Shown here: one piece after another, positions 23,151 through 35,452 of the stretch | How positions within the stretch are numbered: position 1 is the stretch's first letter | Layout of the letters: every line of letters starts with the position of its first letter | Source: Squalus acanthias | Lineage: Eukaryota | Direction: 5' to 3' | Length of the DNA: 64,000 nt | NCBI GenBank assembly: GCA_030390025.1 | Contig: CM059432.1 | Coordinates: 45,758,001 to 45,822,000 of the forward strand | The notes under the pieces: generated by a model | Database searches by the model: none | What the model was told of the DNA's origin: nothing | What the model saw: only the letters and a program-made list of their open reading frames with translations | Program-made: the position numbers and the translations under genes

Positions 23151-24857
23151 ACTTCTTAACCTTTGCTGTTCTGATGAGGTCATTAAATTTAATTTGGTAC
23201 TGGAGAGGAAACCTGGGTGCGACCAATGAGGCATTGGATGCCGTTGCAATCTCCCTCCACACAGCTTTGGATTCCTGTCATAGAGTTCTTTTGCCCCAGC
23301 CCCATGTAGCCAATCCGTCCGTCTTTCAATCTCACCCAGCAAAATATTGATCTTAGAGTCGCTGAAGTTGAAAGCTCCCCACTATGTCTGTTGCTCCCAG
23401 TTGTGTTTCTTCCTCCAGTACTGCCATTAATTCTTTAAGTAGCAGCAGGTTTTATATTCTGCTGATGCAACAGGACTCCAACACTCCCAAACTGGTTTTC
23501 CATTCCTCCCACCCTTCCAGTGTGCTAACTATTCAGGGTGCATTTCTAGATTAACATCGTCCTCCCCAAATACTTTCACTCCCTCTCAGTGTAACTGAAG
23601 TTTCAGCTGAAGTTACATCGCCTGCACACAACTGAATATTAAGCTGAGATGACCCTGCAATTTCTGGTGGGGTTTATGCTTCTACAAAATGATAGGTGGA
23701 AGTCCTGCCCCACAGTACTTCTGCTGGTTCAACAACTCCCCAGGAAATTAAGGCTATTGTCTGGCCAGCTATCGAAGATGCTAGCCCTGAAAATGCGCTG
23801 TCCAGCAAACCTGACAGTTATGCCACGATCAGACCAGCCAGGGACCACTGCCGCTCACCCAACCAAGGTTCACGGGGTCATCGGGAAGTCCCTTCATGAG
23901 GCAAATGCCCGTGCCATAAAGAGTGCATTTTAGGCACCTGCCATGGTGAAGAGGCCAGAAAATTGGCACACACTCTGGGGGGAAAAAAGAAAATGTCCCC
24001 TTTGGCCCACTTTGTAAAGGGGTCATATTAACAAGTATTTTTAAAATGCATACCATTTTGCTTCAGGAGTCCAGGCCTAGACCCCGAACCTCAAGTGGTG
24101 ATCACATATATCACTGAAGGGTCTGGTACACCTCTTTTAACTTTGTGTAATGGCTGTCAAGTATCTGCTGGGCCTCTGAGAGGCAGAGCACACAGGAACT
24201 CACAAGCCTGAACGATCCCCAACCAGCCCCCTCTGTATCAGTGGTATTTTTTTGGCATGGGAAGAAGCTACAGGGTGAAGGGAAAGGTTTAGAATCATAG
24301 AAAAATTACAACACAGAAGGAGGCCATTCGGCCCATCGTGTTTGTGCCGGTCGGATCCCAGTCTAATCCCACCTTCCAACACTAGGTCCGTAGCCCTGTG
24401 GGTTATGGCTCTTCAAGTGCACATCCAAGTACTTTTTAAATGTGATGAGGGTTTCTGCCTCTACCACCCTTTCGGGCAGTGAGTTCCAGACCCCCGCCAC
24501 CCTCTGGGTGAATTTAATTTCCCTCATCTCCCCTCTAATCCTGCTAACAACTGCTTTAAATCTATGCCCCTTGGTTCTTGACCCCTCTGCTAAGGGAAAT
24601 AGGCCCTTCCTATCCACTCTATCTAGGCCCCTCATAATTTTATACATCTCAATTAAATCTCCCCTCAGCCTCCTCTGTTCCAAGGAAAACAACCCCAGCC
24701 TATCCAATCTTTCCTCATAGCTAAAGTTTTCCAGTCTTGGCAACACCCTCATAAATCTCCAGTGCAATCACATCATTCCTGTAATGTGGTGACCAGAACT
24801 GCATGCAGTACTCAAGCTGTGGCCTAACCAGTGTTGTATACAGTTCTAGCATAACTT

Positions 24858-25968
24858 AATATACTAGCATGGATTGAGAATTGGTTAACGGACAGAAAAC
24901 AAAGAGTAGGGATAAACAGGTCTTTTTTTTTTAGGACGGCAGGCTGTGACTAGTGGGGTACCACAAGGATCGGTGCTTGGGCCCCAGCTATTCACAATCT
25001 ATATCAATGAGGGGACTAAATGTAACATTTCCAAATTTGCTGATGATACAAAGCTAGGTGGCAGTGTCAGTTGTGAAGAGGATGTGAAGAAGCTTCAAGG
25101 GGATCTCGACAGGCTCAGTGAGTGGGCGAGAACATGGCAGATGGAATATAATGTGGATAAATGTGAAGTTATCCACTTTGGTAGAAAAAACAAAAAGGCA
25201 GAATATTTCCTAAATGGTGAAAGATTGGGGAATGCAGATGCTCAAAGGGACCTGGGTGTCACTGAAAGTGAATGTGCAGGTGCAGCAAGCCATTAGGACG
25301 GCAAATGGTATGCTGGCCTTCATTACAAGAGGATTTGAGTACAGGAGTAAAGAAGTCTTACTCCAATTATATAGGGCCTTGGTGAGACCACATCTGGAGT
25401 ACTGTGTACAATTTTGGTCTCCTTACCTAATGAAGGATATACTTGCCATAGAGGGAGTGCAACAAAGGTTCACGAGATTGATTCCTGGGATGGCGGGACT
25501 GTCGTATGAGAAGAGATTGAGTAAACTAGGCCTGTATTCTCTTGAATTCAGAAGAATGAGAGGGGATCTCATTGAAGCATGCAAAATTATTACAGGGCTT
25601 GATAGGGTGGATGTTGGGAGAATGTTTCCCTTAGCTGGGAAGTCTAGAACCAGGAGCCACAGCCTCAGGATAAAGGGTAGGCCATTCAGAACTGAGATGA
25701 GAAGAAATTTCTTCACACAGAGGGTGGTGAATCTTTGGAATTCTCTACCCCAGAGGGCTGTGGAGGCTCAGTCATTGGGTATATTCAAAACAGAAATCGA
25801 TAGATTTGTGACTAGTAAAGGCATCAAGGGATATGGCGATACGGCCAGTAAATGGAGTTGAGGCAGAAGATCAGCCATGATCTCACTGAATGGCGGAGCA
25901 GGCTTGAAGGGCCGAATGGCCTACTCCTGTTCCTACTCCTGTTCCTATTTCTTATGTTCTTATTTTCT
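24858..25968 (+). mobile_element. 5'-truncated CR1 inserted in the host CR1
   Basis: ORFs 24946-25296 and 25214-25861 (RT C-terminal half); TTCTTATG tail; 6-bp TSD TAACTT. Confidence 0.92.
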
Positions 25969-26506
25969 TAACTTCCCTGCTCTTATATTCTATTCCTCGG
26001 CTAATAAAGGAAAGCATTCTGTATGCCTTTTTACTACTTTATCGACCTGTCCTGCTACCTTTAAGGATCTGTGGGCATATACTCCAAGGTCCCTCTGTTC
26101 CTCCACACCTCTCACTATCCTCCTATTAATTGTGTATTCCCTCGCCTTTTTGCCCCTCCCCAAATGCATCATCTCTCAATTTTCTGGATTGAATTCCATT
26201 TGCCACTTTTCTGCCCAACTGACCAGTTCATTGATATCTTCCTGCTGTCTAAAGCTTTTCTCCTCACTGTCAACCACACGGCCATTTTTTGTATCATCTG
26301 CAAATTTCTTTATCATGCCCGCTACATTTAAGTCTAAATCATTAATACATACTACAAAAAGGGACTGAGTACTGAACCCTGTGGAACCCCACTGGAAATA
26401 GCCTTCCAGTTGCAAAAGCTCCCCATAAAAATTACCCTTTGCTTACTGCCACTGATCAATTTTGGATCCAATTTGTCACTCTCTCTTGGATCCCATGGGC
26501 TTTTAC

Positions 26507-29112
26507 ATAGAAACATAGAAGATAGGAGCAGGAGTAGGCCATTTGGCCCCTTGAGCCTGCTCCGCCATTTAATGAGATCATCCAAATTCAGTACCCTGTC
26601 CCTGCCTTTTCCCCATATCCCTTGATCCCATTAGCCTTAAGAAATATATCTAACTCCTTCTTGAATATATTTAATGAATTGGCCTCAACTGCCTTCTGTG
26701 GTAGAGAATTCCACAGGTTCACCACTCTCTGGGTGAAGAAATTCCTCCTCATCTCAGTCCTAAATGGCTTACCCCTTATCCTTAGACTGTGACCCCTGGT
26801 TCTGGACTCCCCACCATCGGGAACATCCTTCCTGCATCTAGTCTGTCTAGTCCTGTTAGAATTTTATAAGTTTCAATGAGATCCCCTCTCATTCTTCTAA
26901 ATTCTAGTGAATATAAGCCTAATCGACCCAATCTCTCTTCATACGTCATTCCAGCCATCCCAGGTATCAGTCTGGTGAATCTTCGCTGCACTCCCTCCAA
27001 GGCAAGAACATCCTTCCTCAGATAAGGCGACCAAAACTGCACACAATACTCAAGGTGTGGTCTCACCAAGGCCCTGTACAACTGCAGCAAGACATCCTTG
27101 CTCCTGTACTCGAATCCTCTCGCTATGAAGGCCAACATAGCATTTTTATTCTTAACCGCCTGCTGCACCTGCATGCTTACCTTCAGTGACTGGTGCACAA
27201 CGACACCCAGGTCTCGTTGCACTTCCCCTTCTCCCAATTTATTGCCGTTCAGATAATAATCTGCCTTCCTGTTTTTGCCACCAAAGTGGCTAACCTCGCA
27301 TTTATCCACATTATACTGCATCTGCCATGCATCTGCCCAATCACCCAGCCTGTCCAAATCATACTTAAGTTTCTCTGCATCCTCCTCACAGCACACACGC
27401 CCACCCAGCTTTGTGTCATCTGCAAACTTGGAGATATTACATCTAGTTCCCTCTTCTAGATCATTAATATATATTGTGAATAGCTGGGGTCCTAGCACCG
27501 ATCCCTGCGGTACCCCACTAGTCACTGCCTGCCACTCTGAAAAAGACCCATTTATTCCAACTCTTTGCTTCCTGTCTGCCAACCAGTTCTCTATCCAAGT
27601 CAGTACCTTACCCCCAATCCCATGTGCTTTAACTTTGCATGCTAATCTCTTATGCGGGACCTTATCAAAAGCCTTCTGGAAGTCCAAATACAACACATCC
27701 ACTGGTTCTCCCTTATCTATTCTACCAGTTACATCCTCAAAAAATTCCAGTAGATTAGTCAAGCATGATTTACCTTTTGTAAATCCATGTTGACTTTATC
27801 CGATTCTGTCACTGTTTTCCAAGTGCTCTGCTATTACATCTTTTATAATGGACTCTAGCATTTTCCCCACTACCGATGTCAGGCTTACCGATCTATAATT
27901 CCCCGTTTTCTCTCTACCACCTTTTTTAAATAGTGGGGTTACATTAGCTACCCTCTAATCCATGGGAACTGTGCCAGAGTCTATAGAATTTTGGAAGATG
28001 ACCAACAATGCATCTACTATTTCTAGAGCCACTTCCTTAAGTACCCTAGGATGTAGATTATCAGGCCCTGGGGATTTATCGGCCTTCAATCCCTTCAATT
28101 TCCCTAACACCATTTCCTTACAAATACTGATTTCATTCAGTTCCTCCCTCTCATTACACCCTATGTTCCCCGACATATCTGGGAGGTTATTTGTGTCCTC
28201 CTTTGTAAAGACAGAACCAAAGTATGTATTTAATTGGTCTGCCATTTCTTTGTTCCCCATTATAAATTCCCCTGATTCTGACTGCAAGGGACCTACGCTT
28301 GACTTCACCAATCTTTTTCTCTTCACATATCTATAGAAGCTTTTACAGTCAGTTTTTATGTTCCCTGCACGCTTACTCTCATACTCTATTTCCCCCTCTT
28401 AATTAATCCTTTTGTCCTCCTTTGCTGAATCCTAAACTGCTTCCAATCCTCAGGTTTTATGCTTTTTCTGGCCAATTTATATGTCCTCTCCTTGGATCTT
28501 ATGCTATCCCTAATTTCCCTTGTTAGCCACGGTTGCACCACCTTTTTTGTTTTATTTTTATGCCAGACAGGGATGAACAAATTCTGTAGTTCATCCATGC
28601 GATCTTTAAATGCTTACCATTGCCTGTCCACCGTCAACCCTTTAAGTAACCTTCCCCAATCCATCCTAGCCAACTCGCGCCTCATACCATCATAGTTTCC
28701 TTTATTTAAATTCAGGACCGCAGTCTCTGAGTCAACTACTTCACTCTCCAACTTAATGAAGAATTCTATCATATTATGATCGCTCCTCCCCAAGGGGCCT
28801 CGCACAATAAGATTGCTAATTAATCCTTTCTCATTACATAATACCCAGTCTAAGATGGCCTGATCTCTAATTGGTTCCTCGACATATTGGTCCAGGAAAC
28901 CATCCCGTATACACTCTAGGAATTCCTCCTCCACAGTATTGTTACTAATTTGGTTAGCCCAATCTATATGTAGATTAAAGTCACCCATGATAACTGCTGT
29001 GCCCTTATTGCACGCGTCTCTAATTTCCCATTTAATGCCATCCCCAACCTCAGCATTAATGTTTGGGGGTCTGTATACAACTCCCACTTATGTTTTCTGC
29101 CCCTCGGTATTT
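26507..29112 (-). mobile_element. 5'-truncated CR1 (same subfamily as 35353-39595) inserted in the host CR1
   Basis: APE and RT fragments nearly identical to ORF 35453-38314 but with stops; (TTTCTATG)n tail; 7-bp TSD CTTTTAC. Confidence 0.93.
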
Positions 29113-31579
29113 CTTTTACTTTTTTGATCAACCTGCCATGTGCGACCTCGTCAAAAGCCTTGCTAAAATCCATGTAGACTACATCAAATGCACTGCCCTC
29201 ATTGACCCTCCTTGTTACCTCCTCAAAGAATTCAATCAAGTTAGTCAGACACGACCTTCCCTTAACAAAACCATGCTGACTGTCCTTGATTATTCTGTGT
29301 CTTTTTAAATGAAGGTTTATACTGCCCCTCGGAATTGATTCCAGTAATTTGTCCACCACCGAGGTTAAACTAACTGGCCTGTAATTTCTTGGTTTATCCC
29401 TTCCTCCCTTTTTAAACAATGGTACAGCGTTAGCAGTTCTCCAATCCTCTGGCACCACTCCTGTAGCCAAGGAGGATTGGAAAATGATGGTCAGAACCTC
29501 TGCAATTTCTTCCCTTGCTTCTTTTAATAGCTTCGGATATATTTCATCCAGGCCTGGCAATTTATCTACTTTCAAGGATGCTAAATCCCTTAATGTTTCC
29601 TCTCTTACTATGTTTATCCCGTCCAATATTTCACTATCTTCCTCCTTAACTTCAACGTCAGCATCATCCCCCTCTTTTGTGAATACAGCTGCAAAGTATT
29701 TATTAAGTACCTTACCCACAACCTCCGCCTCCACACATAGATCACCATTTTGGTCCCTGATAGGCCCTACTCTTTCCTAAGTTATCCTCTTGCTCTTGAT
29801 GTAATTATAAAAGATCTTTGGGTTTTCTTTGATTCTACTTGCCAGTATTTTTTCATGCCCTCTGTTTGCTTTCCGAATTTCCTTCTTAATTTCACCCCTA
29901 CACTTTCTATACTCTTCTAGGCTTTCTGCAGTATTGAGCTCACGATATCTGGTATAGGCTTCCCTTTTTGGCCTTATCTTACCCTGTATGCACCTTGTCA
30001 TCCAGGGGGCTCTAAATTTGACAGTTCTACCCTTTTTCTTTGTGGGAACATGTTTACCCTGAACTCCATGTATCTCCCTCTTGAATGCCTCCCACTGCTC
30101 TGACACTGATTTACCTTCAAGTAACTATTTCCAGTCCACCTTTGCTAAATCATTTCTCAACCTAGTAAAATTGGCCTTCCCCCAATTTAGAACCCTTACT
30201 CCTGTTTTTAAGGCTCTAAGGTAGAGCCACCTTCAGTTATTGGAACACACCTTGAATCTTCCAATTGAATTGGGTCCGATCTCCGAGGCTCAACACACAG
30301 CTACAGGCCCGAGAAGCCTGCAGCTTCCCTTTATTTCTGTTCCCTTGCCGCTAAGCCCTGCCTGGAAGCAGGTTTGCACTGGTGCTGCCTCTGGGCCATT
30401 GAGTTGGCCCAAAACAGGAAATCTTGGCTCAATAAGAGCAGCAGATTCCGGGTGCACTATTCCGATGCAGTGCTGGTTATGATGTTTTTGGTATACCCTT
30501 CATCAGAAGGGCTGAAGAGAACATACCCAAAATGTCATAGCCTGTGTGAGACTGCTGACTGACCTGCTGTATATTTCCAGCATTTTCTGTTTTTGTTAAA
30601 GAAACTGATTATATCAATAGTGTAATCTCACTGTCCTTGAGTAGGTAAAGTTTATGGAAGGCCAAAGGTCACAACATTTGCTTGATTAACTAGAAATTAG
30701 ATCACTAGCAATAAAAATGTCATGTTTCCTTTATTTCAAATACAGTTCGGTTTTATACCTCAAATACTGTTTTTACCGGTTCTTCTTCCTGGTCTGAGGT
30801 TATCAGAGGTCAAGGTCAGCATATTTTTAACCTGCATCTATTGTCCTATGAACGATGAAATAAATCACATGGTAGCGATAGGTAAAGGAGCTGTGGATGA
30901 CTTCTTTATTTGCTATGTTAGAGTTGCCAAAGACTCAGAATGGCTGAGAATGTTAATGAAATAAAAGGAAAGCCTTAAAGTAAAGTAACGAGTGCAAGCC
31001 ACTAACATGGAGCTTGCAAATACAATGGATCCAGCTGCATTAATAGACTTTCAAAATCAGTTGAGCCCTCATTTCCTGTGTCAAATATTGACTGAACAAT
31101 TTAGAAAAATAGAGATTAATTATATGCATATGAGTGAAACAAAGCTGTTCATTTGTCGAGAATCAATTATAATTCTCTGGAAGAAAACATGATTTAATTC
31201 AACATCAGAGCTGCTGCTGAGAAGCTGCGACAACCAATCGGAGGAATTAAAAACAAATTCAAAACCTTTATTAAAAATATAAACAGCATACCCTTAATCA
31301 GTTGACAACAATGAACAAGGACGTATTAATTTGTCGAAATCTTGAACCGTGTGTCAAAGCAGTCCCTTGGGTGTGCTGAAACCAATGATAATACTTTAAT
31401 TACCTAATTACTCATTTGGGTTCTGAGATATGTTAATTGTTTTTGATTGAGATGTTAGGAAAGGCTCATTGAAATGTACCCAGGAGTTTAATAGGGAAAT
31501 TAATATTTTAGGAAACCTGCAGGTTCAACTTGTTTTCTTGTGATTGCTCCTTTTATCACTAGTTTTACTCGGACAGAAA

Positions 31580-31985
31580 GAAGAGAACTTGCATTTATAT
31601 AGCACCTTCCACAACCTCAGGACGTCCCAAAGTACTTTACAGCCAATGAAGTTCTTTTGAAGTGTGGTCACTGTTGTAGGAAATGCAGCAGCCAATTTGC
31701 GCACAGCAAGGTCTCACAAACAGCTTTGAGATAACGACCAGATCATCTGTTTTAGTGATATTGGTTGAGGGTTAAATGTTGGCCAGGACACCAGAGAGAA
31801 CTCTTGGCTCTTCGTCGACTAGTGTCATGGGATCTTTTACATCCACCTGAGATGGGCACCTCTTTCGGATGAGACGTTAAACCAAGTGTCAGCCTGGATT
31901 ATATGCTCAAATCTCTGGCATAGCGCTTGAACCCACAACGTTCTGACTCAGAGGCAAGAGTGATGCCACTAAGACAAGGCCGACA
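31580..31985 (-). mobile_element. tRNA-derived SINE copy, internally rearranged
   Basis: Reverse complement of the SINE tail, core and tRNA head. Confidence 0.8.
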
Positions 31986-32239
31986 CTTACAACATAGATA
32001 TCTTTGCTCGGCCCCCTCTTCCCCCCTACGTTTAACCTTTGGCAGTGGTAATATTTATATCTCTTGTTGGAGAAATCCCTCCTGATTTTCCACACTGCCC
32101 AGATTCTAGTCTTGGGAAATAGAGATAAATTAAACCAGAACACTCTGCTAGAAATTCCTTGGAGTTGCTCCCGCTCCAAACCTGTAACTTTGCCGGAAGT
32201 GCGCCGGAAACCCCGTTTACGTGCGTGAAAAGGGTTTCG

Positions 32240-33135
32240 AATCATAGAATGATAGAAACTTACAGCACAGAAGGAGGCCTGTCATACCTGTGCTGGCCCT
32301 TTGAAGGAGCAGTTGTGCTTAGTCCCACATCCCCGCTTTTTGTCTATAACCCTGTAAGTTTCTCATCCTCAAGTACCTGTCCAACTCCCTTTTTAAAGTT
32401 ATTTATGGAATCAGCTTCCACCACCTTTTCAGGTCGAGTGTTCCAGATCCCTTCAACTCTCTGAGTGAAAAACATTCTCCTCATCTCCCTTCTAGATCTT
32501 TTGCCAATGATTTTGAATCTATGACCTCGAGTATAATTCTGAAGAATCTTGGCAACGTGGTTCCGTATCCTGGTTTTAGAATCCAACTTCCATGTGTAGT
32601 GACCTTTTTTTAAAAAGGGGGTAGCAGCATTTCCACTTTGTGCCATCTTCCAGCTGAGCAAGCAAAACTTTGTATTTTCTTAAACTAGCTAATAATTGAC
32701 CCAAATAACAACAGAAAACGCTGGAAAAACTCAGCAGGCCAGGCAACATCCGTGGAGAGAGAAACAGAGTTAACGTTTCAGGTCGAAACCTTCGTCGGAA
32801 CTGAGAACAGAGCAGGAAATTTCCTGCTCTGTTCTCAGTTCCGACGAAGGGTTTCGACCTGAAACGTTAACTCTGTTTCTCTCTCCACGGATGCTGCCTG
32901 GCCTGCTGAGTTTTTCCAGCGTTTTCTGTTGTTATTTCGGATTTCCAGCATCCGCAGTATTTTGCTATCGTAATAATTGGCCCAGTCGCTCGAGGGAAGA
33001 GTTTTTCTCCATCTACTCTATCAAAACCTCTCATCATCCTGAAAACATCTATTAGGTCACTAATTAACCTTCTATGTTACAAGGAGAACAGTCCTAATTT
33101 TTTCAACCTCTCCTCATAACTGAAGTCTCTCATCC
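32240..33135 (-). mobile_element. Old CR1 3' fragment interrupted by inserts
   Basis: TRGHRFKIIGKRSRREMRRMFFTQRV; resumes at ~32985. Confidence 0.7.
32704..32970. mobile_element. Penelope pseudo-LTR fold-back (spacerless palindrome)
   Basis: Near-perfect inverted repeat 32703-32937 centred on GCAGGAAA|TTTCCTGC, with 14-bp TSD TAATAATTG(A/G)CCCA. Hammerhead-like CCGACGAAGGGTTTCGACCTGAAACG in the arms. Confidence 0.85.
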
Positions 33136-34514
33136 TGAAGTCCCAACTCCTGGCGAAGTTGCATCAACGGAGTGGGAGGAGCCCCAAGGAACCAATCAAC
33201 TGAAGCAGCAGCCATGGATTTAAATTATATATAAATACAAGTTCTTCCTTTGAATTTGTATCGCACATTATTAAAATAAAATGCATTTTTTCAAGTAAAG
33301 CTTTGTCAGTAAGTTACTTAAATATAATTGGTTACTCTTTCCTGTGGGTACAACAAAGACTCTGATAATGTCATGTGCCATGCATGCCACTGTGTGGTGA
33401 AAGAATGAACTATGAGTAAGGACTTCACAGTGGAATTTGTACTGCTGCCTTCTGTTTAGCAGTACTGTTTAGCTGCTCTAGTTGACTGTGATTATCTCAA
33501 ATATAAAGCTACTGATGTAAATTCTTAAATTCTATCAAGATACTTGAAATTGGCATTTTACAACATACTTGTGATCTCCGATCCTTTTGGAAACATTTTA
33601 CTCATTCCTCTGGGGTATTATAAAATAAGATAGATGGAATGATCAGCAGAAATACAATGGGAAACTGATGCACTAGCAGGTGCCTGACGTGCTGAAGTGC
33701 ATTGGACACTGCCTCCCCGTATTATGGGATGCTGAGGCCTGATGCGCTGGGCATGTCCAGTGTGGCCATGCAGAAAATAAAGCATTGGGAGACTGTGCAC
33801 AATATCCTTGGCGACATTATCTAAGGCCCCAGAAGTTATTTAATTAGGGAGCATACCTATTGAGTGTTTGAAAGGGTATTTCATGGGAAGCCCTTGGGGG
33901 TGTGGTGGGGGGGGGGGGGATTGTTTCTCCTGGATGGCCCTTTCCTTATATGGCTACCCTTCCTAGTTGTCACTTTTTTTTTTAGTCCTCAATGGCCAAA
34001 TCTAGCAAGGATAGCTAAGTCCACAGTATCTAAAAAAAAACAAAAGGCAGCGTATTTGGGTAGTCCTTCCATGACTGTTGGCAGGCACCATTCCAGCCCT
34101 GGTTCCCGTGGTGCTCCCAGCACATCATGCACTAGGTGTCGGGAGCACCATTGCAGTACATGGATTAGCCAATCTTGTGTTATCATGCAAGATCGGCCCA
34201 TTTTCAGCACAGGCATGGACGGCACCTGATTCACTGCTGACCCTGCGTAACTGAAGCAGGCCTGTATTATCGACTCTGAAGTCAACCCATTGAAATATGT
34301 TGTTGATTCCATACTATCATATTCAACAGGAAGAACCATTATTTTTGCCTGTACTGTTTTAGTCTCTGGCTAAGTAATTTTTTCTTAGCATTTTACTGAA
34401 AATGTTGACTCCTTCCACAGTTACAGTTCCACCAACGCAGGGCAACCCTTGATACCTTGTCCTTATATTCAGACTTGAATCTTGGATTGAATTTTAGCAG
34501 GCTATTCCATAAAC

Positions 34515-35145
34515 ATCCAAAATTCTGCTACCCAAATCCTATCCCACGCCAAGTCCCACTCACCCATCATCCCTGTCCCACCACAAACTCCATTCCCTCG
34601 TCCTCAATTCCATCCCCTCTCTAGCCACTGTCTCAAGCTGAACCAGGCTGTTCGTAATCTATTTGACCCTGGGCTGAGCTTCCAACCCATATCTTCTCTA
34701 TCACAAAGACCACCTACTTTCACCTATGTAACATCGCCCGTCTCTGCCCTTGCCTCAGCTTATCTGCTGCTGAAGCCCTTAAACATGCTTTTACATATTA
34801 CATAGAATTTACAGCACAGAAACAAGCTATTCATCCCATCAGGTCTATGCTGGTGTTTATGCTCCACCTGAACCTCCTCCTACCTGACTTCATCTCATCC
34901 TATCAACGCATCATGTTACCTCCAGAGTTGACTATTCCAATGCTCTCCTAGCTGGCTACCCAGAAGTCTGCATTCTTCCAACTCTAACCTATTGTGCATC
35001 CCCCCTCCATTCACCCCAGAAATTGGTGGCTACGCCTTCAGCTGCCCAGAGCCTGTGCCCTGGAATTTCCTCCTTCAATCTCTTGACCTCTTTCTCCTCC
35101 TTAAAACCCACCTCTTTAATCAAGCTTTTGGTCACCCCTCCTAAT
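34515..35145 (+). mobile_element. L2-type LINE 3' fragments (continues at 40153-40260)
   Basis: GGTCACCCCTCCTAAT|ATCTCCTTATTTGGCTCGG joins across the MITE and ends with a GCACTATATAAA tail. Confidence 0.7.
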
Positions 35146-35452
35146 GGCCCAGAAATTAGGCTCCCTGGCTTCCCGCGGGTGCAAGGATCCCGCGCGCACC
35201 TACCTACCGTGCCTGCCATTGATCTGGGGCCACGGGGACTTCAGCTCCTGGGCCTCCTGCAGCTGCCAGCGCGCAGTGCTTGTGTATCCCAGGGGCGTAG
35301 TTAGTGCGATGCGTCCCCTGGGATCACGTGGGCCATGGACAGCCAATGGCAGCATAGAAACATAGAAACATAGCAGATAGGAGCAGGAGTAGGCCATTCG
35401 GCCCCTCTAGCCTTCTCCGCCATTCAATGCGATCATGGCTGATCATCCAAAA

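Larger units (their letters stand above)
24290..30205 (-). mobile_element. Host CR1 LINE split into three pieces (24290-24857, 25969-26506, 29113-30205)
   Basis: RT fragments are colinear after removing two inserts bounded by duplications TAACTT and CTTTTAC. Confidence 0.88.

Noticed and set aside
23650..23970. Further old MITE-like segments (also ~10640-10930, ~30260-30480, ~33825-34210, ~48830-49320)
   Set aside because: TIR-like ends are too decayed and TSDs unverifiable, so boundaries cannot be supported.
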